Under the pieces are notes generated by a model. The model ran no database searches and was not told the DNA's origin. It saw nothing but the letters and a program-made list of their open reading frames with translations. Of a DNA stretch of 64,000 nucleotides, positions 12,552-23,919 are shown piece by piece. Within the stretch, counting starts at the first letter, position 1; each line of letters begins with the position of its first letter. The stretch lies in the NCBI GenBank assembly GCA_951406725.2, contig OX597820.1:71796001-71860000 (forward strand), given 5' to 3'. Position numbers and translations under genes: made by a program. This DNA comes from Octopus vulgaris. Its lineage: Eukaryota.

Positions 12552-13760
12552 TCATCATCATCGTTGTCGTCGTTTAATGTCCGCTTTCCATGCTGGCATG
12601 GGTTGGATGGTTTGACTGAGAACTGGTACGCCAAGAATCTGCACCAGGCTCCAATCTGGTTTGGCAAGGTTTCTACAGCCTGATGCTCTTCCTAATGCCA
12701 ACCACTCTGAGAGTGGAGTGTAGTGGGTGCATTTTAAATGCCACCGGCATGGGTGCCAATCAGGCAGCACTGGCATCAGCCCCGACTATGGTTTCACTCA
12801 GTTTAACAGGGCTTCACAAGCATGGCATATCACCCAACAATCAAAGGGTGCTTTTAAACAGGCCAGTTATACAACACTGGCATTGGCTGATCTCACCAGG
12901 CTTGCTGGATCTTCTCAAGTATGGCATTTCTTCAAAGGTCTCAGTCGCTTGTCATTGCCTCTACGATGCCTTTACCATCTCATCTCATGTTGGTAACATA
13001 AGGTCTACCTCTTCCACTGGTTCCCTCCACTGTTAGGGTATGACATTTCTTCACACAGCTGTCCTCATCCATATGCATCACATGATTATACCAATACAGT
13101 CATCTCTCTTGCACACCACATCTGATGCTTCTTATGTCCAACTTTTCTCTCAGGATGCGTACACTCTGTCATTCATGCACACTGACATTACACATTAAAT
13201 GGAGCCTACTAGCTTCATTTATTACAAGCCTAAGCATGTCCTCAGCAGTCACAGCCCATGTTTCACTGCTGTGTAGCATGGCTGTTGTCATACATGTATT
13301 ATACAGTCTACCTTTCACTCTGAGAAAGAGGCCCTTTGTTACCAACAGGGGTAGGAGCTCTCTGAACTTTGCCAAGCCTATTCTTATTCTAGCAGCTACG
13401 CTCTCAGAGCATCCACTCCTGCTACTGAGTTGTCCACTAGGTAATGGAAGCTATCAACTACTTCTAGATTTGCCCCGTAGCATGTGATAGAATGTATTTT
13501 GTGTACATTTTAGGTGTTTATTGCACCTGTGCATCTTCCACACACAAAAAGTATCTTTCCAGTTAACCTTCCTTTGATATTGCTGTACCTCTTATGTATC
13601 CATAGCTTACACAAGGTAAATACTATGGAGTTTCTACCTATGCCTTTTCTTCAGATTGAGCAAGGCTGCCTACCTGAAGAGATTTGTGATTTGTCTGCCT
13701 TCCTACTTACTAAAACTTTAGATTTTGCTAGGTTAACTCTAAGCCCCGTTGATTCTAGAC
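12552..13760 (-). mobile_element. 5'-truncated RTE LINE, same family as 9849-11310
   Basis: Minus strand reads GLRVNLAKSKVL, a Cys/His-rich insert, LEVVDSFHYL, AKFRELLPLLVTKGLFLRVKGRLY...HSSETWAV. The 3' end (catcatcatcgttgtcgtcgtttaatgtccgctttccatgctggcatggg) is shared with the first copy. Confidence 0.85.
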
Positions 13761-14031
13761 CACACATGTATGTGTATGTGTATGTGTGGTGTATACACAC
13801 ACACACACAAACACACATATTTATAAATGATACAGTATATTATGCTACAGCCCACTGCAGATTGTATAGATTCCTTGTGGTGGGAGCATGCAACTGTGGA
13901 AGTTAATTAAGACTATACATAAGAGCCAAAACGTGAATGGTAAAATTGTTGCACACTGAGCATATCCATTCCTACTATACGTACATACATACATACATAC
14001 ATACATACATACATACATACATACACATATA

Positions 14032-14185
14032 TCATCATCATTATCATCATTGTTTAACATCCACTTTCCATACTGGCATGGGTTGGATAGTTTGACTGAG
14101 GACTGGCAAGCTAGGAGGCTGTACCAGGCTCCAATCTGATCTGGCAAGGTTTCTAAAGCTGGATGCCCTTTCTAACATCAATTGC
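14032..14185 (-). mobile_element. RTE-tail SINE or short 3' fragment
   Basis: catcattgtttaacatccactttccatactggcatgggttggatagtttgactgagg...ctggatgccctt. Same family occurs at 16520-16855(+), 16939-16998(-), 21010-21135(+), 23160-23380(+), 37050-37320(+), 45345-45470(-) and 47405-47480(+). Confidence 0.8.
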
Positions 14186-14229
14186 TTTGAGATATATATA
14201 TATATTTATAGTCATTTGCGAATCCATAA

Positions 14230-14870
14230 GTTAGGAAAAATATGCACTCATATACTTGTTGATTGACAGTTGATCTTACAAAATAGATTGTCCTTCAATG
14301 AACCAGACATATAGATGTAGGACCGCACCAGATCATGGCCATAGAGTGGATGGGGAACCACTGATTTGGCCACTTTGCCGACTGCATCATTGGTTGCCAA
14401 AAATGAGTCTGGCAATGCATAGACAAGGTGAACATGGATAGTCTTCAGAGTTTTGTTCAAGCTCTCTCTCATAATGACTTTTCTAAGCATTTTTAGCATT
14501 TCAATATACTGCTCACTGTTAATAATACAGCTACGTTTTGGAAAATCAAGGATAATGAGGCCCTTATCATCTTTCAAAACAATCATCATGACTTGTTGTG
14601 CCAATCACTAGCACTTGAACTTCTTAGGCCTTGATGAAGAGGTGTAATGCCATTTTATAGACTGAGCTTTTATTTTTTAGCTCTTCAAAATATGCCCTGA
14701 TTTTATCCCTTGTCACTACATGATAAAGAATGTAAGTTCACTGATTTCAAATACCTCAAGTAGATCAGAAAAGACTTCCACCTTTCTCTCCTTCAAAACA
14801 AGTATCAACTATCAAGGTACTTAAGTGAGGATTAATAGATATGTGATGAACATTTCAACTGCTTCACTAA
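14230..14870 (-). mobile_element. Degraded Tc1/mariner transposase fragment
   Basis: ORF 14248-14604: GLIILDF...INSEQYIEMLKMLRKVI...VVPHPLYGHDLVRSY, a decayed match to the mariner GVI..D.L....IN...Y and HPPYSPDLAPSD motifs. Confidence 0.7.
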
Positions 14871-16519
14871 GTAAGCTCTTATCACCCAGTCATGTACAAT
14901 GGAAAGCTAACCATTGGGGAAGTTCTTTGAGCCACCACCTCTCATTGACAGAAACAGTTTTCCTGGCTGTTTTGTGTGCATTTATACACACACATATACA
15001 CACACATGTGTGCACATACACTTCGTTGCATCTTGCAATTCTCAAAGTGTAATTTTTTCCCAGACATATAGAAAAGAAGTTTTGAACATTTTTAATGAAG
15101 TCCAATATGTTACTGGAAATGTTTATTGGTGAAAAATAACCCTTTAGACAATAAGACACTCACACTAAAGACTGAGTATCTGTTGCAAATACAGCTGAAT
15201 AAGCTGAATAGAAATTACATTATGTAAATTAAGGTCAAATTCCGAGGAGCTTAAAACAAGAATCTTTATGAATTAGACGTAATTATATTACAGTTTTTCA
15301 AATATTTGTTGCAGTAGAATTCATGAGATAAAATTTGAAACTATTTCATTTGAACTTATCTGAAATAACAGTCCACATAGAATTGAGGAGCAATAGTAAT
15401 GCAGTCCTTGCCAACTCATGTCTGTGTAAAAAGCAGATGATGATGATGATGATGATGACGACGACGACTACAACCATGTCTATGTTTATGGAGATGACAG
15501 TGAGGATAATGACTTAATAAACTAATAGTGTTTTCTGTATTTTTGAAATGTAGTTGCCTATACTGGTATTAAATTTTTTAACATAATTTACACAAAGAAT
15601 CAATCAGAATAGCAATTTGGTTCAAAGAATTTTAAAAATGAAAATTTATGATTATTGATTGATTTACACTTAATTGGTATAGTGATCAATGTTTATGCAA
15701 GGTTACGATCTAGAATCAGATTAGTTTGAAAGTCAGGTTCCCACTGACAAAACAACATTAGAAATCTAATTCAATAAATTACTTATTAACAATTGCCACA
15801 AGCACAAACTTGCAAATGTGATGAAAGTTTAATTGCAAGTTTATTTTCTCGAGTTTATTTTCTCGAGCCTTAAAATTAGATTTTTAATTTATTGTTTGAT
15901 TATTTCTTGCTATAATCTTTATGTTGTCTGAAAAATTACAATTCTGAACTAGTTGTATACAGCTTGAACAAGAAAATACCTTAACTAGAAAATTAATCTA
16001 ATTAAAGTATTATAAATACTCTAGATATCATACTACATCCTCATCAGTGATCTCTACTCCTCTCTTCTGCAACTATTTAAGAGCTAACAACAATTGGTTC
16101 CAAAATGTAGGTTGAGAAAATTCTATCAAATTATATATTTAGAATTTAGGGTTTATATAATTATAAATTGTGATTTTGCTTTTTTAAAGGATTCACAAAT
16201 TAATCATAACAAACTGCATTTCTAAAATGTTAATGTAACCGACATTTTCTATCTTATCTCTCATAACTTATTCTCTTTTATGAACTTTTATTTTCTTTAT
16301 ATCATTATCATCAAAGTGTTAATGTCCATTTTGTCATGAGTTGGATAATACAGTATAACACCAATTATCTATGTCTTTCATCTTCCCTTCTGTGAAGCCT
16401 AGCATTCTGTTTATCTGAACTCCAACTTCTAACATCTTACTCAAACGTTCTCTTTCACAGGAATCATCTTCTGAAAGTATGTGACGCTTTTTCTTTCAGC
16501 ATTCATTGTTCATTCACGC

Positions 16520-16855
16520 CAGTGCCCCCTGACTGGCTCCTTTGCTGGTGGCACATAAAAAGCACCATGTGAATATGGTCGATACCAGCACCCCATGCTG
16601 GTGGTACATGAAAAGCACCATCCAAACATGGTCAATGCCAGTGGCCCCTGACAAGCTCCCGTGCTGGTGACATGTAAAATGCACCCACTACACTCTCAGA
16701 GTGGTTGGCATTAGGAAGGGCATCCAGCTGTAGAAATGTTGCCAGATCAGACTGGAGCCTGGCACAGCCTACTGGCTTGTCAGTCCTCTGTCAAACCCTC
16801 CAACCTATGCTAGCATGGAAAGCAGACATTAAACAACGATGGTGGTGGTGGTGAT
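16520..16855 (+). mobile_element. RTE-tail SINE with internal sub-repeats
   Basis: Repeated gctggtggcacataaaaagcacca units, then cactacactctcagagtggttggcattaggaagggcatccagctgtagaaa...gcatggaaagcagacattaaac and a (GGT)n tail. Confidence 0.8.
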
Positions 16856-18582
16856 ACACATGTCATATCAACATAGCTAGTTCCCCTGCATTCATGGGAT
16901 GATATTTAGCTCCTCTCCTAGTTTTTGTGTTCTGATTCTCATCATCATCATCATCGTTTAGCATCCGCTTTCCATGCTAGCATGGGTTGGACGGTTCAAT
17001 ATTTTATATGGCTTTAGCATGTCATTAAGCTACATTCAACTTCCTCAGCATCCACCAGGCAGCAGAGTGAAAAACCTTATCAATGCTCTCTTTCATATAA
17101 ACAAACAAAAACTAGAAGTTTCTTCTTAGCCAAGGATTTTACTTGCAGTTGTGTCAACATAGATATGGTATCCGTAGTTCTGTGAAATGGCATGATTGCC
17201 AAATTAAATAATAGGGATTTGGATCATCCCTTATCAACCATAGCTCATTTCAAGGACTATACTGTCACACACACATGCATATGCACTCACACATATATAT
17301 GTTTATATATAGATGCATACATATGGGTACTTACACTTGTATATGCACACAGATATACACACATGTCTTCATATTCCTAAATGCATTCACTTGCATAATT
17401 AGAAAATAAAATAAGCTACAGAAAGTACCTCAAATGCATCAATGGCATAAATTTGTATAAATAGGTTAAGGAGTGATGTATTGAATGTCCTATACAAAAA
17501 TATTCTTAATTGAATTTCCCCTCTTAATTGGAGAAAAGAAAACAAAAACCAAGTGCTTTATGTCAACAATTCCCAAAGAAAAGAGGTGGAGACTTCAAGA
17601 AATTAGAATTACTCAAACATAATTTACATGGCTAAAATGCAGTCTGATCTTTATTTGCAGGTGAGGGACAACCAGAGCTGTTTCAGTATATTTGACCTTA
17701 TCATCTTTTCATAATAATACTATTGGCCTATTTTGATTATTTCTCTTATCTCATTATATATTTTGATTATACGTACTTACAAAAATGTATCTTTATCTTT
17801 TGCTCTGTACATAAAATTTTCACCAACTCATCAAAGTAAGCTTGCGTAGATTTTATTATACAGATGAGTTTTAAGAGACTGAAACATGCCCATGTTTTCT
17901 CTTGCCAGCAAACAAAAATAAAACTTTTCTCCAAGACATATAAATTAACTTTGAATTGAAATACTTCTAATTTCTCAAAATAGTCAACTTTTTCCTTTGG
18001 AGGTTCACAAGGAATTTCCATGAGAATTTTGTTTGTATTCTCAAGCACAGTTATGATCTTTTAAGTTTTTTTTTCTTGTATATGACATCCAATATATAGC
18101 ACCTTACCTTATTTACTTACATAATTTTCGCCCATGCACACACATATACATGCATGTACACACACATACGTGCATGTACACACACACACAAAACTTAAAA
18201 TCTGCATTTGTTTCCTTATGTGTGTACAGACTAAAGTAGCTATTCAAACCCTTGATAACCAGCTAACAAGAATATCATTTATTCAGCTATGTAGTCCAAT
18301 AGCAACCAGCAACAACAACATCCAGACACCTACATAACTGAATCCGTCCATATAACGTCTGTAGCTCACTATATTCATACGTTTCAATACCCATATTCCA
18401 CAGTGTAGATCCTAGTCATGGCACCATTGATTATAATACCTACTGCCAAGCTTCCTGTTTCCTACATTGTATTAAAATCAAAAATATCCTACCCTAAGCA
18501 TATCTTCATCTTCCATGGTTATATACTACGATATACTCAAACTACTTTCTCTCTCTCTCTTTCCTTCTCTTTCTTTCTTTAA

Positions 18583-19050
18583 GTGCCATGTCCAGAATGT
18601 AGGATATGGGCGATCATATCCTGTCACAGTTCTCTGTTCTTTGTTTTCTGTTACAGTTCCACTCCTGATGCTTATTGTCTCTTTTTTCCAAATATTTCAT
18701 CAAGCTTGACATCCACATCATCCGTTTCCTTCCTCTGCTTCCTTTCTCTTCAGTCTTTCCAGTCATCACTAAATTCTCCAGGCCCTCTTTCCTCATCACA
18801 CGACCAAGAAATCTAGGTTGCTTGGCCCTTATCTCATAAGGCAGTTTCTTATTTACTGCACGGCCCCTATCTCATGAGACAGTTTCTTATTTACTACAGC
18901 CCAGGCCATCACTTCTTCATTAAACACTTTGTCCATGCTATCTTTTCTATTCTCCTTAAGAACCACATTTCACAGCTCTCCAAACACCTTCTCATTTCTG
19001 ATGCTGTAGACCATGCCCCATTTCCATACATTAACGCAAGGTAGACTACT
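18583..19050 (-). mobile_element. RTE LINE C-terminal fragment
   Basis: ORF 18614-18799 MMRKEGLENLVMTGKTEEKGSRGRKRMMWMSSL matches the RTE pattern GHxMR...LE.L...GKIEG.R.RGR.R..W. Confidence 0.75.
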
Positions 19051-19485
19051 ATGTTCTCATATTACTAAAGTGTTGACAGAAATGCTATAATATTTTAACA
19101 CAAAAATTATTACAATAAGTTTATAATCTAGTATGTTAATTGCTACATTACATATTTATCTATTTATATTTTATGAATTTTATATATTTTTATAAATTGA
19201 TTCACTTATTTTCATATTTATTGCTTTCATGTATTTTTGTTTGTTGATTGTTTTTATATTGATTAATTAATTCATTTATTTTCCTGATTACACATTTAGG
19301 CATTCAAGATAATCTTTCTATCATTATAAAATTTCATCATTTTTTAAATGCTAAAATGATTATGAAATTGACAGTTTATCTTGTTTAGTACAAATTTTAA
19401 CATATTGTCAATCAGATCTTAAATAGTTGTTAAATATTCATTCTTTACATTCTTTATTTGTTTGTTGCTAACTCCTATAGATTCC

Positions 19486-19516
<31 letters not shown>

Positions 19517-19766
19517 CATACATAATTTAAAAATAGGATAAATTCTTCATAAGAATTTATCAAGTAGTTAGCGTGAAAAACCTCATAAGAGAAAAAAAAA
19601 CATCAATTTTTTTCCTTTAAATTTATTCATTTATATTATATAGAGAGCACTATTACACATAGATGCCTCACGCTAGGAGGGATTCTTAAAGTCGAAACTA
19701 CTAAAATAAATAAACACATCATACCGAAACAATTCTCGAAGCAGGTCATTTAAAAACAGAATTTAG

Positions 19767-19830
19767 CTGCATATCGCACTGTGATTTCGTAATCGATGCA
19801 GTTTTATGCCCATTTTACTCTTCAGTGCAA
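19767..19830 (-). ncRNA. Type I hammerhead ribozyme with intact catalytic core
   Basis: Minus strand: TTGCA-CTGAAGA-GTAA[aatgggcataaaactgcatcga]TTAC-GAA-ATCAC[agt]GCGAT-A-TGCAG. This gives stem I, CUGANGA, stem II, GAA, stem III (one A-C mismatch), an AUA cleavage triplet and stem I'. Confidence 0.75.
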
Positions 19831-20212
19831 GTATAATTCAAGATATATTATGAATAAACAAAAACAACATACCAAGTGAACAGCTATCGTATCCAAGGCA
19901 CCATGTAGGAATGTTTACCCTTAAACATCTATGTAAATGGCGGGCTTTTTCGAATTGCATTTCGGTAACAATGTAGTCCGGTTAAATTTACAATTTAAAA
20001 ATAGGATAAAAATCTTCATAAGAATTTATCAAGTAGTTAGCATGAAAAACCTCATAAGAGAATAAGCACATTGTTACTGAAATGCAATTCGAAAAAGCCC
20101 GCCATTTACATATATGTGTAAGGAGTAAACATTCCTACATGCTGCCTTGGATACAATAGCTGTTCGCTTGGTATGTTGTTTTTGTTTATTCATTATATAT
20201 CTTGAATTATGC

Positions 20213-20275
20213 TTGCACTGAAGAGTAAAAGGGTATAAAACTGCACCGTTTACAAAATCACAGTGTGATATGCGG
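20213..20275 (+). ncRNA. Type I hammerhead ribozyme copy with inactivating G12->A
   Basis: TTGCA-CTGAAGA-GTAAA...TTTAC-AAA-ATCAC[agt]GTGAT-A-TGCGG. Stem III is perfect, but the core GAA reads AAA at 20254, consistent with CpG decay. Confidence 0.7.
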
Positions 20276-20578
20276 CTAAATTCTGTTTTTAAATTACCTG
20301 TTTTGAGAATTGTTTCAGCACGTTGTGTTTATTATTTTAGTAATTTTGACTTTAAGAGTCCCTCCTAGCATGAGGCATCTATGTATAATAGTGCCCTCTA
20401 TATAATACATACATACATATATACATACACACGTATATACATACATACATACATACATATATACATACATACATGCATACATACATACACACACACTCAC
20501 ACACATATATATCAATAATAATATGACAACAAAAGAATGAATGACACCTCGATATTATGTAAAATAGAGGAATTTATC

Positions 20579-20716
20579 TATAAATATAATATGTGAAAAT
20601 TAGTTGATTGTCATAATAAAACTCAAAGTTTCAGATGCCAGAGCAGACTTCAGCTCCGGCATCCAAAACTCTGAGTTTTATTATGATAACCAATTAATTG
20701 TCACATTATATTTATA
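20579..20716. repeat. Short fold-back hairpin (about 65-bp arms, 8-nt loop) centred on a hammerhead-like stem II
   Basis: Left arm 20579-20644 ...aaaactcaaagtttcagatgccagagc, loop agacttca, right arm gctccggcatccaaaactctgagttttattatg...tttata. Confidence 0.88.
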
Positions 20717-20717
20717 C

Positions 20718-20772
<55 letters not shown>

Positions 20773-22189
20773 ATACATAGATATATATATTATATATTAT
20801 ATATTACATATATATATATAAAACCATCCCATAAAATTACTCTGGAAGATGGGAATAATAAGCAGTAGACAGAATAAATAGCATAGGAGCTTTTTTATGA
20901 GCACACTCAAAAATATTTCACATAAAGGAACTTAAAGGATACACACACACACATATATATGCAAGAGGATGCCCAAAAGTAACTGGAAACACTGTAAAGA
21001 GGCTGGCTGGAAGGGCATCTGCCTGTAGAAACCATGCCAAAACAGACAACTGGAATCTGGTACAGCTCCCCTGTTGGCCAGCTTTTATCAAACCATCCAA
21101 CCCATGCCAGCAACTTATGGATAACAGTCCTTTAACACTGCTGCTGCTGACACACACACACGCACACACTCAGACATGCACACAGGTACCCGATCCAATA
21201 TAAACTATAAATCCAACCTTGGGATGGTTTCAAGTGTAGTATTTGTGTAAAAGAACTCAAGTGGAGTGTAACAGTTTACAACAGCTATGTAGTTAGAAAG
21301 TTGGTCAGCTTAAATTCTCTACCTACTTATCTGACTGCTTGTTTTAAAATCATCCAATGATGGTAGATTTTTTCATGATGTTCTCAAATCTGCATCAATA
21401 AAATGCTGCTGAAACAACTGTCATGCATTTTTAAACTCCTCTTGTATTCTTATATATATATATATATATGGACAGAGAGTGAGAGAGATAGAGAGAGAAG
21501 CAGACTAGAGAGATAGTGATAAAGCACTAAAATATTTAATATCTACCTATTAGTCTATTTCATGCATACAATTTTGTGAGCTTGCATATATTAGGATTGC
21601 TGTTTCCTGTAATTTTACAATTTTGTACTTTGTATGACTTTATTTTATATATTTCCTATTCATGCATTGGTGTATGTTTCTACACACAGTCATACATTCA
21701 TGCATATATGTACACATTTGTTCATATGTTTGTGCATACACGTGCATTTGTATGAACATAGATACATTTGTATGCATCTTCATGCACACTTACGCATGTA
21801 TATGTGATTGAGCAGGTATGTATGAATATGTATATTCACATACATAAATTTGACCCTGAAGGACATGTAAGCATGTGTACTTATATTCATGAATATATGT
21901 ATGTGCATGTGTACAGGAGTGAATGTATAGATTATTTTAGTATCCAATTACGAATCTGTAAGTTTATATATACAAATGTTTGTATGTATGTGTAAGGGTT
22001 TCTGTTTGTATTTTTGTACATGTGTATATGTTTGTATGCATGTATATGCACTAACAGGTATGCATACATGTGTACACTTGTGTATGTGCATGTGTATACA
22101 TGTGTTTGTACATGCGTGTGAATGCAAACACACAGCTACTCTACAAGAACTAATTACCAACAAGCTCAAAGGAAAAAACAAGAAATATC

Positions 22190-22880
22190 AGGCTCAGAAT
22201 TAGCTGTGAAAATTCCATGGTGATGCAGGTTAATGATACAACCCAATCCTCCCTCTTCACTGGAGACAAGGTTGTGAAAAATATGGACAACATCTAACAG
22301 CTTGGCAGTGAAGTCAGTAAGAATGGAAGCATATAAAGTTATTTGAACAACAGTATTGGCCAAGTAAGAGCCATATTCCTGTACATGATCCAAATTCTTT
22401 CAAAAACAATCATCAGCTGCAATGGAAGAGTTTATAGAACAATTATGTCAACAGATCTGTATAACAGTGAAACATAGAAAATGAAAGAACAATTGGCTAA
22501 GAAGGTGTACACATTTCACTTATAATGCATAAGGAAGGACCTCAAAGTCACCCAGAGAGACAGAATTACAAATGAAGACACTCTTTTCCAAGCAAGTCCC
22601 CAAGTGCTATAAAGCATTTTAGTCATGCATTGGTTTTATCTAGCAGGTCATATTTTGCATCTGACAGCCACTCAGTGTACAAACATCCCAACAGTCTGGT
22701 CATTGAAGAAAGAATATGGAAGAATGGGTTAGCTTTAGAAAACTTGGTGCTGAATATTCTTGGAGAACCTCAAATTCATGAGGATCAAGAGGACATGAAC
22801 AGAGGAGACTGCAACAGACCAGTCACACTGACAGATGCCTACTGTCTTGGGCATCTAATAAAGCATGAACTCATATAAGC
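22190..22880 (+). mobile_element. Highly degraded RTE-like LINE fragment
   Basis: VKNMDNI*QLGSEVSKNG (about 22272-22328) resembles RTE LE.V..F.YLGS.IS.DG. The remainder is stop-ridden. Confidence 0.45.
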
Positions 22881-23919
22881 ATGGAAAATAGGTATCAAAT
22901 GATGATAATGATGATGATAACAGTGATTGGATGTGTGTGTTTGTGTCTTCTTGTCTTGACATCGGACAACAGTTGTAAATGAGCATCACCTTCATTCATT
23001 TTCAATCTTGCATGGAAACATAACATTACTTTGCTTGGAAATAGGTGAGGTTTAGTAACAGGAAGAGTGTCCAGCCATAAAAAAATGTGTCTCAGTGAAT
23101 CCTGTCCAAGCATGGGAAAGTGGGTTTCAAAGTAATGGTAATGATGATGATGATAAAAGCATCTATGCTGGTGCTACATAAAATGCACCTGTGCTGGTAC
23201 CGTGTAAAAAGCACCCAGTACATTCTGTTGAGTAACTGGCATTAAGAAGGGCATCCAGCTGTAGAAACCTTACTAAAACAGACATTTTGAGCCTGGTGCA
23301 GCTCCCCAGCTTGTTAGCTCTTGTCAAACCATCCAGCCCATGCCAGAATGGAAAATGGATGTTAAATGATGATGATGGTGACAACAATAACATTCTCCTT
23401 AGCAGTAGATGCCATAATTCACCCTAATAAATTGCTTAACAACTCTGTGATCAGTCAGTAGAGTGCCTATATAAAAAAAAACCTGCTAAAATAAGGAGCT
23501 ATGCACCTTAGATAACTCATAAAAAGCTGAACCACCAAACTGTGAAGCTACGTTGTCAGCCTCAATTGACAAAAAACCCTAAATCATACACTTGAATGTG
23601 TGAGTGCATTTTTCAGCATATAGACAAAACAAATAGTATGACATTATCAAGTCAATCCTGGCATTTCAAATAAAACAATAACGACAATTTTATTACAACT
23701 TGGTTTGCACCACATTCCATCTATAAATATTCTTCTTACTCTAAGTCAACTCCAGCCTGTGATGTGCTTAAAAAAGTACTTAGAAAAGGATATATGGGTA
23801 TTATATGCATATGTGTGCAGGTTTGTATGTATATTAGTGCATGCACAAATGTTGATACACTAGTCTGAGTGCCAATATATACATATACATGTGTATGCTA
23901 GTATGTATGTATACATCTA

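Larger units (their letters stand above)
19524..20407. mobile_element. Penelope-like element pseudo-LTR remnant with inverted duplication (arms 19634-19974 and 20068-20407; direct repeat 19524-19593 and 19992-20062)
   Basis: Arms of about 340 bp are reverse complements with scattered mismatches. The spacer repeats the 70 bp lying upstream of the left arm. Both arms carry a hammerhead motif. Hammerheads and inverted pLTRs are known PLE hallmarks. Flanked by (TACA)n. Confidence 0.75.
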
